NCBI GenBank assembly: GCA_963803655.1
Contig: CAWDNR010000006.1
Span: 10,222-74,221, forward strand
DNA from: Terriglobia bacterium
GTDB lineage: Bacteria > Acidobacteriota > Terriglobia > Terriglobales > Acidobacteriaceae
Direction: 5' to 3'
DNA: 64,000 nt
Below the pieces are notes generated by a model. That model did not search any database. It saw only the letters and a program-made list of their open reading frames with translations, and was not told the origin of the DNA. The translations under genes were made by a program, and so were the position numbers. Each line of letters opens with the position of its first letter. Position 1 is the first letter of the stretch. Positions 1 through 9,425 of the stretch are shown here, piece by piece.

Positions 1-5
1 CCAAC

Positions 6-506
6 GTGGAGCAACCACAGAAGCCTCGGCTTATTACCAGCAGATTCACCGCCCTAATCGGCGTGATCTTGACTGGCTACATCGCAGCACTGGCTATCCG
101 CTCTGCATTCTGGCAATCTGCGCATCACTTTCACTGGCTTCTCCCATTAGACCGCTTGCTGCCCGCGTGGGCGGTTCTGACGGTCAATGTGGTGATCTAC
201 GGGTGGATACTTTGGCTGTGCATCGTTTTCCCGAGGGCTTTTCAAGGGAAGGAGCGCGTTCTGGTTGCAGGTTGGGTTCCGAGCCTCGTGCTAGGGCCCA
301 TTCAGGGGATGGTGTCGGTATCGCTTGCTACTACCATTCAGTATGTCAAGGCGGCTAGCATGATGGTCGCATTCATCGCCGCCGTGGTAATCCTAGTAGA
401 AAGCTCAGGAACGCGTACGGCTCCCTCTGATAGGTTGTCCCTCAGTAGCTGTTGCGACATCGCCATAGCACAAGTTGACCGTTGGTCAATACGCGGTATT
501 GCCTGA
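6..506 (+). CDS. hypothetical integral membrane protein
   Basis: 166-aa ORF in track (GTG start near window edge). Several hydrophobic helices (LIGVILTGYIAALAI, WAVLTVNVVIYGWILWLCIVF, MMVAFIAAVVILV). No family recognised. Confidence 0.4.
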   Translation: MEQPQKPRLITSRFTALIGVILTGYIAALAIRSAFWQSAHHFHWLLPLDRLLPAWAVLTVNVVIYGWILWLCIVFPRAFQGKERVLVAGWVPSLVLGPIQGMVSVSLATTIQYVKAASMMVAFIAAVVILVESSGTRTAPSDRLSLSSCCDIAIAQVDRWSIRGIA

Positions 507-1813
507 TTACATTAGTTACCGAAGAGAGCGAAGAGAGAGGCTTACCTTTCATCCAGCGGTGTCTATCATTTAGGGTACGTTGCAGGGTGGATCCGCATAA
601 TGGACACCAAAGGGCAATTCCCTTTTTTCGCCAGATTCTCCGTACCCTAACCGGTCATTGGGCATGGCGAATCTATGCTGCCCTTCTTTTGCTTCTCTTG
701 CTCGTTACGACCGCCGCCCGGCTTCGTTCATATCTCATGTGCCGCAAGATCCAGGCGGTGTTGCGCGGATTGGCTGAGATACGTGTGGATCAGACCACCG
801 AGGAACAACTGGTGAAGATGGTTCCGTACCTGACTCAGAAAGATTGGAACGCAGGCGGCATCTCGCGCCGCGGATTTTACGTGCATATCTCCCACGAATC
901 AGATCGGTTACCCCGGGTCATCGTCGTCGCCCTGGGTGCGGTCAAGCCAGAGCAACTCGTGCTTTGGACACACCAAGTTGCTGACTGGTTCGGCTACCGT
1001 TTCGTGAGCTTTGACGCAAGCGTACTGGTGCAGGACGGTAAAGTGTCGCAGGTCGAGTACGGCTTGGCCAACCAGTGGGTCCGTCCACAATATCCGAGCT
1101 ATGTGGGCTACATCGTCTCGGCGAGAAGTGTCCATGCATTTTGGCTTTCTCGGCAGATTCCTTTCGGAGTATCCAGCGAGGATGATGAAAGCCCACAATA
1201 TCGTCCGAGGGGGAATGGGAACGGTCTATACGTGATATATACGAGCGATGCGCCATCCCGGCTGACCGAGCGCGCATTCCAGCTGAATCTCAGTTGCTAC
1301 TGGGGTCTGCACGGGTGCAACGATGCTCGCGAAATCGCTCCTGCTCTATGGCGAGACGTGCAAGCAATCCGATACGATACCTACCAACAATTGATCTCCG
1401 AAAAATGCCCTGATTCGATAGTCGAGGGGCGGATGCGATATCTGCCGGACATAACCGTGCTGTTGCTCGAAGTAACCGGCTCTAGGCGGATCAAGGTCAA
1501 CGACGAAGGAGATAAGGCAGGGGACTGGTTTACAGATTACAAGCTAAAAGAAGTGATCCGGGGCCAGAGTTCTGGATCGTGGAAGAACGTCCGCTTCCGG
1601 CCAACGATTCCTTCGCTGGAAGACCCCACGCGCCAGATGGCAAATCAAATCTGGCCGCCGACAAAGATCGGGACTCCAGTGCTGTTTTTCGTGAATACCC
1701 GGTTCAATTCCTGCCGGTTCATTCCCGCCACACCATCCGCGGTCGAGATTGTTCGGAGAACCCCGCTGCCTCTGAAAAGGCGCGAAGACGAAATTCCAAC
1801 GGGATTGCAATAA
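482..1813 (+). CDS. hypothetical protein with N-terminal membrane anchor
   Basis: 443-aa ORF (TTG start in track, true start uncertain). Hydrophobic segment AALLLLLLLVTTAA near the N-terminus. No family recognised. Confidence 0.45.
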   Translation: MVNTRYCLITLVTEESEERGLPFIQRCLSFRVRCRVDPHNGHQRAIPFFRQILRTLTGHWAWRIYAALLLLLLLVTTAARLRSYLMCRKIQAVLRGLAEIRVDQTTEEQLVKMVPYLTQKDWNAGGISRRGFYVHISHESDRLPRVIVVALGAVKPEQLVLWTHQVADWFGYRFVSFDASVLVQDGKVSQVEYGLANQWVRPQYPSYVGYIVSARSVHAFWLSRQIPFGVSSEDDESPQYRPRGNGNGLYVIYTSDAPSRLTERAFQLNLSCYWGLHGCNDAREIAPALWRDVQAIRYDTYQQLISEKCPDSIVEGRMRYLPDITVLLLEVTGSRRIKVNDEGDKAGDWFTDYKLKEVIRGQSSGSWKNVRFRPTIPSLEDPTRQMANQIWPPTKIGTPVLFFVNTRFNSCRFIPATPSAVEIVRRTPLPLKRREDEIPTGLQ

Positions 1814-1980
1814 GGTGTCTCGCAGTCTGTGCCGGATGGCTAGGTAACATCGCCATGACACTCAGTTGATTCGTTGTGAGTGTAATCCTGCTGTCCTGCT
1901 TACAACAGTCTCTGGATAGTTTGTGGCAGCGCGGCGTAAAGTATGGTGCATGAAACATCCAATCCCCGGAAGGATTCTGT

Positions 1981-2352
1981 TTGCTGGTTTTCGTTTTGGT
2001 CGTCCACTCGCATACCGGTGCTACAACCTGTGTTGCGGTAACCAAGACGTTCAAAGTAAGGAAGGTCTGTGGGAAGGTCACCAATCCTCTCAACGAGCCG
2101 ATTGCACGGGCCGAAATCGAGTTGCTGAATACGGGGTCTGAAGTCTTAAGCCAGGTTCTAACGGGTGACGGCGGGGATTTCGCGATCCCGAATGTTTCGA
2201 AGGGGCAATACAAGATACGCGTGCAGAGCGCCGGTTACTCTCCGGTCGAACAAGAATTCATTGTGACGAAGAGCAATCAAAACGCCCGCTGTAACAAGCC
2301 GATGCAAGTACTCCTCCAGCTCGGCTCAGGTTGCAGCTCAGTCTCCAAGTGA
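1981..2352 (+). CDS. carboxypeptidase regulatory-like domain protein
   Basis: GKVTNPLNEPIARAEIELLNTGS...GGDFAIPNVSKGQYKIRVQSAGY matches the CarboxypepD_reg beta-sandwich pattern common in Acidobacteriota. Confidence 0.6.
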   Translation: MLVFVLVVHSHTGATTCVAVTKTFKVRKVCGKVTNPLNEPIARAEIELLNTGSEVLSQVLTGDGGDFAIPNVSKGQYKIRVQSAGYSPVEQEFIVTKSNQNARCNKPMQVLLQLGSGCSSVSK

Positions 2353-2779
2353 TGCTGGTTGGCGAAGATCGCGATTTCAACCCGATTGTGACTATAAACG
2401 CCCCTTAACATCAACAATGCATCCGGTTCTGTTTGGATGCCCGCCCGGCATCAACCGATCGGTCAAGGATAAACGACATGTTTCCCAGTCGACCCGTTCT
2501 TCGTATATGTGGCGTATTTACTGTGCGCGATCATTGGGCTAGTGGTAGGTCTGGTTTCGGGCGTTGTTCTTCGCTGATCTTGAAGCGTCCCCTCCGAAGG
2601 ACTGCTATCGCTATGGATGCGCTTATCGGTGCAACCGGGTCCGTCATTACTGCGAATGGGCGATGGCGTCTGGGATTTCAGCGTCCCTTTATTGCGGCAA
2701 TCATTTCTGCGGTCATTCTTTCCGGATTACACCAATTCGTTCGCTCTAAACACCTCACCGGGTAGTTAGAGTAATCGAA

Positions 2780-3520
2780 TTACAACAGTAGCCCCGTTAA
2801 CGTGGGCGGGGTGGAGTTGTCGATACTCTTGATGTCGCGGGTTGCACCGAGTGCTGGTCGCATACGCCGTAGTTGCAAGAAAGAATAGAGGGTTCCGATT
2901 GCCAACGAAAGAACCGCCGCGACCTGTAGTTTTCCGTCCCAGTGAATTGTCACGAGCCAAACGAAGTCACGCCAGGGTAGATGCCAAGACAAGAGCGCAA
3001 AATAGGGCCATGACAGGCTGGCACCAAGTAAGGCTGCGACGTACCCGTATCGTGGCCTGATTAGTACGGCGAGGAAAGCCACGACCAAAACAAGGGAACC
3101 AAGCAGTGAGGCATTGAGAAGCCCACGCCACCATCCAGAATATGAACGACCCGCCGCCTCGGACATATACATCAGATCATCCACCGTCAGAGCGGTTGTG
3201 AATGCCGCAAACAGATAGATGCCTCCTGCACAAAGGCGTTGGTTGACTGTCCCAGCCAGGCGGTGTTGAGCGGCGTGGAGAAGCGTCCCGCACAAGAAGG
3301 CGCTGGCCACAACCGCAAAGATTGAAGCCGCGAGGAAATCGCGGTTCGCGAGCGCGTTACGCGCCGCGTTGCCCGAAATGAGGAATGCAACACCATTGAA
3401 GAGTACAGACCACACGATGGGCTGGAGACTGGTCCAGTTCACGCCTCGATTGTAGCGCCGCCTAGAAGCCCACCCTGTTACTTGCGTTGTACACCGTTCG
3501 GAGCGTGCCATGGCTGGCAT
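2780..3520 (-). CDS. hypothetical polytopic membrane protein
   Basis: 246-aa ORF with about 6 hydrophobic helices. No family recognised. Confidence 0.5.
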   Translation of the reverse strand: MPAMARSERCTTQVTGWASRRRYNRGVNWTSLQPIVWSVLFNGVAFLISGNAARNALANRDFLAASIFAVVASAFLCGTLLHAAQHRLAGTVNQRLCAGGIYLFAAFTTALTVDDLMYMSEAAGRSYSGWWRGLLNASLLGSLVLVVAFLAVLIRPRYGYVAALLGASLSWPYFALLSWHLPWRDFVWLVTIHWDGKLQVAAVLSLAIGTLYSFLQLRRMRPALGATRDIKSIDNSTPPTLTGLLL

Positions 3521-3632
3521 AACATCGCCATAACGCTTACTGACCCTTGAACGGGGTTTTGAGCGCTATCGCCTTACGCCAACTAGCGGAAACTGCTGTA
3601 ACTTCTGCCTGTGATGAATATGAGGAGGGGTT

Positions 3633-4034
3633 ATGTCGAGCATCCACAACATTGCGTTCCTCATCGGGCGGGTCATCGCTGGCAGCTTTTTTCTCATGAA
3701 CGGCTTCAACCACTTCGCGCAACTCAATATGATGACCGGATATGCCAAGAGCAAAGGCATACCCGCTCCCGCGCTCGCAGTGGGCGGTTCGGGCGTACTT
3801 CTTTTCTTAGGTGGACTGAGTCTGCTCCTTGGCTATCACCCGACTATCGGAGCGGCCCTGTTGGTGATTTTTCTTCTGGGTGCCTCGTTCGGCATCCATA
3901 ATTTTTGGACGGTTCAAGACCAACAAGCAAAGCAGGGGGAGATGGTCAACTTCCTAAAAAACATGGCCATACTCGGTCTGCTGCTAATGACCTTGGCAAT
4001 CCCGCGGCCGTGGCTGATGAGTCTCGGCCGTTGA
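3633..4034 (+). CDS. DoxX family membrane protein
   Basis: 133 aa. LIGRVIAGSFFLMNGFNHF...GGSGVLLFLGGLSLLLGYHPTIGAALLVIFLLGASFGIHNFW is typical DoxX. Confidence 0.7.
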   Translation: MSSIHNIAFLIGRVIAGSFFLMNGFNHFAQLNMMTGYAKSKGIPAPALAVGGSGVLLFLGGLSLLLGYHPTIGAALLVIFLLGASFGIHNFWTVQDQQAKQGEMVNFLKNMAILGLLLMTLAIPRPWLMSLGR

Positions 4035-4194
4035 TACTAAACAACTGGCGAAACATCGCGATTTCACTCAAACGCTCGCGATTTCGATCTCAGCGAAAAA
4101 TGAGGCCTGACCGCTTCAGCAGAGGATTCTGGGGCCTAGAACGCTTGAAGTCCGGAAATCCCCATCCAGATTGGGTCGTCAGCAATCGAGTAGT

Positions 4195-5556
4195 TTAAAG
4201 TCCCCTAACGCGGTACAGGACGACCCCATGCGATGGAACAACAGCACTGATGGTGCTGCTTGTTTTCTTCGTCTCGCCGGTCCACAGGTCGTGTAAGGAA
4301 TAGCCGCTTTCGTTTTCGGGGAGGCCTACGGTCAATGCTGGAACGGAGACTTCCTCTGCCTTCCCGCCGGTGTTGAACAAACCGACGATCGTGTCTCCGT
4401 TCGGTTCCCTCTTGGCGAACACCTGCTGGTTGCCGGTATTGAGCACTCTTTTCGCGGCGATCGAATCCTGGTCGACAGCAAGGACTTCGGAGTTCTCCAG
4501 GTATTTCTGCAGATCCGTTTGGTCGAGGTGAGTAAGATCGACGCCGAGGATGAAAGGTGCTGCTCCAAGGGCCCAAAGGCTGATCTGAGTCTGGCGCTCG
4601 ACCGGAGTCAGCCCGTCGTTGCTGCCATTTCCTACCTCGATGGAGTCATAGTCATTGAAAGCGCCTGGACCAGCGTAAGGCTGCCACTCCGCCACGTAGT
4701 TGAAGCGTTTGGCAACGTCGGCCCAGCTGGTCAGTGGGTAGCTGATACCGCCCTTTTCGCAGCGATAGCATTCGACGTCGGGCGCGAATTCCCATTGATT
4801 GGCATACTTCATCAAGGTCGGGGCGATAGCGATTGTAAGGTGCCCCTGCGTGACGTCCAAGACCATGGGCCGCCCGCTTTGCCGTATAGCATTCGACCAT
4901 GCCTTAACGTCAGCGGCGTTACTGTCTTTCATGCCGTCAATTTTGATGTAATCGACACCCCACGCCGCGAGCATATCTACCCATGAATTCGTATACTCCT
5001 GCGCGCCAGGCTTGTTGTAGTCAATGCGGACCATGCCCTTGCAGTTGTAGTTGTTCTCCTCTACAGACGGTTCCGCAATCTGGGCAGCCGTGTACGATGT
5101 GCCCTTAATGGGCGTGTTCCGGCTGACTGCCTGCTTCGAAATACCCGGCGTAACATAGATTCCGAACTTCATCCCGAGACTGTGGATGTAGTCAGCGACT
5201 ACCTTGATGCCATCGGTATCTCCCTGGGCCGGGAATCTCGACGAGTCTGTCATCCAGCGGCCATAAGGGTCGACGTTCGGACCTTGCGGTCCCGGACACT
5301 GATACCAAAAGTCGTCGAGGTTTACGTATTGGTAGCCCATTTTTTGCAATCCGAAATCATGCAGGGCGAGCGCCTGAGCTTTCATTTGGGCTGCCGTGGG
5401 ATGTTTGCGGAGGAAGCTCCAGCTACTCCAGCCGAGAACGGGCGTGCGCTCGAGGCCATTATCCTCTGCGCTGGCGTTGTGCAGGATCCCGCCCGCCAAC
5501 AGCGCGACCAGCATTGGTGCTCTCAAGCTGTGTGTCAATTCCCTCAAAAAATTCAT
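4195..5556 (-). CDS. alpha-galactosidase, glycoside hydrolase family 27, secreted
   Basis: 453 aa with a signal peptide. GWSSWSF...YQYVNLDDFWY, YIKIDG and C-terminal beta-sandwich pattern of GH27 melibiase-type enzymes. Confidence 0.8.
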   Translation of the reverse strand: MNFLRELTHSLRAPMLVALLAGGILHNASAEDNGLERTPVLGWSSWSFLRKHPTAAQMKAQALALHDFGLQKMGYQYVNLDDFWYQCPGPQGPNVDPYGRWMTDSSRFPAQGDTDGIKVVADYIHSLGMKFGIYVTPGISKQAVSRNTPIKGTSYTAAQIAEPSVEENNYNCKGMVRIDYNKPGAQEYTNSWVDMLAAWGVDYIKIDGMKDSNAADVKAWSNAIRQSGRPMVLDVTQGHLTIAIAPTLMKYANQWEFAPDVECYRCEKGGISYPLTSWADVAKRFNYVAEWQPYAGPGAFNDYDSIEVGNGSNDGLTPVERQTQISLWALGAAPFILGVDLTHLDQTDLQKYLENSEVLAVDQDSIAAKRVLNTGNQQVFAKREPNGDTIVGLFNTGGKAEEVSVPALTVGLPENESGYSLHDLWTGETKKTSSTISAVVPSHGVVLYRVRGL

Positions 5557-5685
5557 CCCTTTTCTCTATCATAAGCGGCGGGACAAAAACAATTACGCAC
5601 GGCAAGCGGTGCACATACCTGTATTCGTGATTGCTCCTGCGGGACGTGGAGCACGCTGGTCAATTGAAGCAAAATCGCGATTACA

Positions 5686-6654
5686 GTGCGCCGGGATAAA
5701 CCGGCATGAAGCAGAGGATGAAAGTTCCTTACGAGAAAGGAGTAGGGAGCAGTCGACAAGGCTGGGAATCTTGCGAGGTGAAAGTCCTCGCGCCGCCAAT
5801 TGCCTGTAGTCGGGCGGCTAGCAAATCCGATGCGTGCGAAGGTAACGACGCACGTTCTGCTCGGACGTAAACGCCTCAGCTGCCCTGCAGGGAAACTTGC
5901 AGCGGTAGGAACGATCTGGGAGGCAAGCAAACTTGGAGGCCTGAACATAACGGAATAGCTGCAGCCTCGAAAATCTCGTCCGTGGAAAATCGTGTTCGCG
6001 GGATGAAGCGGGAAGCCGACCCGAGCTACTCCAGGGGAAGGCCGATGACGCCGAGGAAGAACCAGGCAAGTGCACTCGGTGGGACCGCCGTGGTAGGGGC
6101 TCAGGCATCTGAGGAAGGATTCGCAGAATAACGTCGAGAAGGTCCCGTTGGCAACAGGGGCTGATGGCAACCTGCAGAGACTCCTCTAACGAGGCTACGA
6201 CCGAAGGTGAGGAGAGGTGACGGGATCGGCGCATGAGTCCGTAGGAGCGATGAATGAGGGGTAACGCCCTCAGAAGAGACGGTACACGTCTCTGCGATGG
6301 AGGTAACGCCGACATTGCGCAAAGGGACTCTGGGTCTTGGTGGTTTCGTCGTTCAGCGGGGTGGTCGGACACAGAGCCGACAATGAACCTCACGTGGGAG
6401 ATGGAACTAGGCCTTGAGCAAACCACGGAAGCTGGGGTGGATTGCGAATCAGCGCTTAAACCTCACCAAACTGGGAAGGCTCGAGGAAGACAGACCAAGA
6501 CTCCGAACCGGACCTTGGGAAATCCGGCTGTCCGGGATTATAGGGGGGCCTCCGGAAACGTAGCAACGGTGGAATTGTGAACCCAACTCGCAATCGAAAG
6601 AGCGGGCTTGGTAACCCTCCACCTACAGCTGGCGCGCTGGAGTTCTATCCCAAC
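5686..6654 (+). mobile_element. ORF-less group II intron-like ribozyme, copy B-prime (969 nt)
   Basis: Starts GUGCG and ends AC. Colinear similarity by eye to 8101..8984. Shared motif CGTAGGAGCGATGAA at 6240..6254. Domain V-like hairpin 6505..6539. Long domain VI helix (6543..6555 with 6637..6651) with bulged A6647 seven nt from the 3' end. No ORF. Confidence 0.6.
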
Positions 6655-6867
6655 CGATCCGCTCGGCCTCGAGTCTTGCGCGGTTACCGCGAGGGACACA
6701 GCGAAGCGTAGATAGAGGATAGGTGGGGTGGGTATTCAGCTCCGAAAAGATGCCATCCGGACGCCGACGCCCTTGTAATGCGCGGAAGGCAACATGAACA
6801 GGCGCGATAGCGCGAGCTCCTGTTCAGTCCGGCGTAGTCGAAGACCCCAGACACGCCGAGAAACTTC

Positions 6868-8050
6868 ATGCACGAGAACCGGGAGACCTCGGAGACACCG
6901 GCGGCTCAACCAGGCCGCAGGTCGGCGGGCGAAGGCCAGTGCCACAAGGCCCGCGCGTACGTCTGCGAGGAGTCACACAGCGGCATAGTGCCTATGAACC
7001 ATTCGAACCAAGATGGAACATCGCCGGCGGAGAGTGGGGAGGGAAGGCCGCTGATCAAGGAGAACGCTGGTCAACCTAACACGTACTCGACACAGAGCGG
7101 GAAGGGCGTGTCACAAGGGCTGGCGGGCGTGCGGAAAGCAGCAGGGGAAAATAAGGAGATGAAGTTCACCGCCTTGCTCCACCATCTGACCGTCGATCTG
7201 CTGCGGGAAAGCTTTTACTCCCTGAAGAGGAAGGCCGCACCCGGAGTGGACGGTGTCACCTGGCAGGAGTATGAAGACGGGCTAGAGGATCGATTGACCG
7301 ATCTTCATGGCCGAGTTCATCGCGGAGCCTATCGAGCGACGCCATCGAGAAGAGTGTACATAGAGAAAGCAGACGGACGGCAACGTCCACTAGCGGTCCC
7401 GGCTATCGAAGACAAACTTGTCCAACAGGCCGTGGTTACCATCCTCAACCAGATCTACGAGGAAGACTTTCTCGGCTTTTCCTATGGATTTCGCCCGGGG
7501 CGCAGCCAGCATCAAGCGCTGGACGCGTTGTCGTACGCGCTCCTGAAGAAGAAGGTGAACTACGTTCTGGACGCCGACATCCGAGGATTTTTCGATAACC
7601 TCGACAAGAGTTGGCTGGTCCAGTTCGTGGAGCATCGCGTCGCGGACCCCCGCATCCTACGGCTGATCCAGAAATGGCTCAACGCTGGGGTGATGGAGGA
7701 AGGCGAATGGTCGAATACGAAGACAGGTAGTCCGCAAGGTTCGGTGATTTCACCGCTTCTCGCGAATATCTACTTGCACTACGCTTTCGATCTCTGGGTG
7801 AACGTGTGGCGCAAGAAATGGGCACACGGCGAGGTGGCTGTCATCCGCTATGCGGATGATGTCATCTTGGGATTTCAGCACCAGACGGACGCAGATCGTT
7901 TCTTGGAGAACTTACGGGAGCGGCTGGGGATGTTTGGACTGGAACTGCACCCAGATAAGACGCGCCGGATCGAGTTCGGTAGATTTGCGGAACAGAACCG
8001 GAAACGCAGAGGAGAAGGGAAACCCGACACGTTCGATTTCCTCGGCTTCA
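6868..8050 (+). CDS. group II intron reverse transcriptase/maturase RT-A, 5' segment (interrupted by intron C)
   Basis: ALLHHLTVDLLRESFYSLKRKAAPGVDGVTW, RPLAVPAIEDKLVQQA, FSYGFRPGRSQHQALD, SPLLANIYLH and YADDVILGF RT motifs. RT-like sequence ends at FDFLGF (8050). Frame closed upstream by TAG at 6835..6837. An alternative start is at 6994. Confidence 0.75.
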
Positions 8051-8100
8051 GTGTGCTGCAGGAGCACACGGATAAGGAGTTCATCATGAACTAATCAACC

Positions 8101-8984
8101 GTGTGAATAAGCTGCGCGATAGATGAGGGTAGGCCCCTGGAGCAGCCGACAAGACCGCAAATCTGGAAAGGTGAAAGTCCTTTCTCCGTCAATTGCCTGT
8201 ATCAGACGGATAGTATATCCGGTGCGTGCAGAGGCAACGAAGCACGTTCTGCCCGGAAGTAAAAGTCTCGGCCGCCCTGCGAAATTTGCAGCGGTGGGAG
8301 CGATCTGGGAGACAAGCAAACTCGGAGGCTTGAACGTAAGAACTGTCCGATGACAACCACGAAACCTCACCGCGGAAAAATCGTGTTCGCGGATGAAACG
8401 GGAAGCCGACCTGAGAGGGGTCTAGGGAAGGCCGATGACACCGAGGAAGAAACAGGCAAGTGCACTCGGTGGGACCGTCGGGGTTGAGGGCCAGGCATCT
8501 GAGGAAAGAATTGCGGAGATAACGTCGGGAAGAACCGTTTCCCAGCAGGGGGCTCGCAGCAACCTGCAAGGACCGCCGGAATAAGTGTGGATACATGAAT
8601 CCGGAGGAGGGAGCTGGTTTGGCGCATGAGCTCGTATGAGCGATGAAGAGGGGGTAACGCCCTTCGAGGTGGTGTTGAACGCCACCCTGGCACGAGTAAT
8701 GCTAGTGCCAGGCAAAGGAGCTCTGGGCACTTGGCAGTCCTAGCATGGTCAACGACGTAAGTCGGAGGAGCCATGATTTAAAGACGAGTCGAGAGGTAAA
8801 CCGGACTGGGTTGGGGCGTATGCGAGCGAGCGCTTGAGTTTCACCCGTCTCGGAAAGGTCTCTCGGGGAAAGGCCAAGGTCAAAACCGGAATCGGGAAAT
8901 CCGACCTTCCGGGATTGCAGGGGGGCCCGAGGAAACGTGACTTTGTCTTATGACAAGGTGCGCGCGCCTCGGCTCTATCCCGAC
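8101..8984 (+). mobile_element. ORF-less group II intron-like ribozyme, copy B (884 nt), nested 50 nt into intron C
   Basis: 5' GUGUG, 3' AC. GGUUGA (8482..8487) is the exact complement of the preceding flank UCAACC (8095..8100). Domain V-like hairpin 8882..8916. Domain VI helix (8920..8932 with 8967..8980) has bulged A8977. No ORF. Confidence 0.65.
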
Positions 8985-9425
8985 CGGGATCGGTTTTCAG
9001 GAGCAGATCTCAAACCACTCCAAGCTGCTGTGGTAAAAGGCCGTGGTGGTGAGCGTTGGAGAAAAAGCGCGAGAACAAACTCGTGCAGGTGAGCATCCGA
9101 GAGACGAACGAAAGTGAACCCTTTCGAAGACGCGTCGTTAAGAAATCAAGGGTCGTCGAAACCAGGAGCGTGAAGCCCACCTGGGACAAGTCCGCGGGGT
9201 GCCTGATGACTGTGCGGACGGCGACCGGCGTAGAGGGGGCGTGAAGCGGATGCAGGCTGTTGCGCGGAACTGCAGGAACCAGTCGCTCTGATGTCAAGGG
9301 AGAAGCACAAGCGGCGAAAACCGCGAGGCGAGCGTACCAATGCGGAGCACTGGGGCGGACCGATTCGTAGGAGCGATGAAGGCTCGTAATGGAGCTGGAG
9401 CAAAGGGATCGGGTCAGGTGGTCGC

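Noticed and set aside
5776-5787. AGGUGAAAGUCC (also 8170..8180) recalled the RNase P RNA P4 region
   Set aside because: The surrounding sequence has GUGYG 5' ends and domain V/VI hairpins, and it occurs twice next to RT genes. It lacks the other RNase P conserved regions. This is group II intron domain I.
5553-6426. Minus-strand ORFs 5553..6170 (205 aa) and 5818..6426 (202 aa), and likewise 8189..8596, 8367..8774, 9010..9438 and 9146..9532
   Set aside because: They lie antisense over the conserved, structured intron RNA segments. They are R/S/P-rich with no motifs, and the similarity between the 5.7-6.6 kb and 8.1-9.0 kb copies follows RNA helices (compensatory changes) rather than codons.
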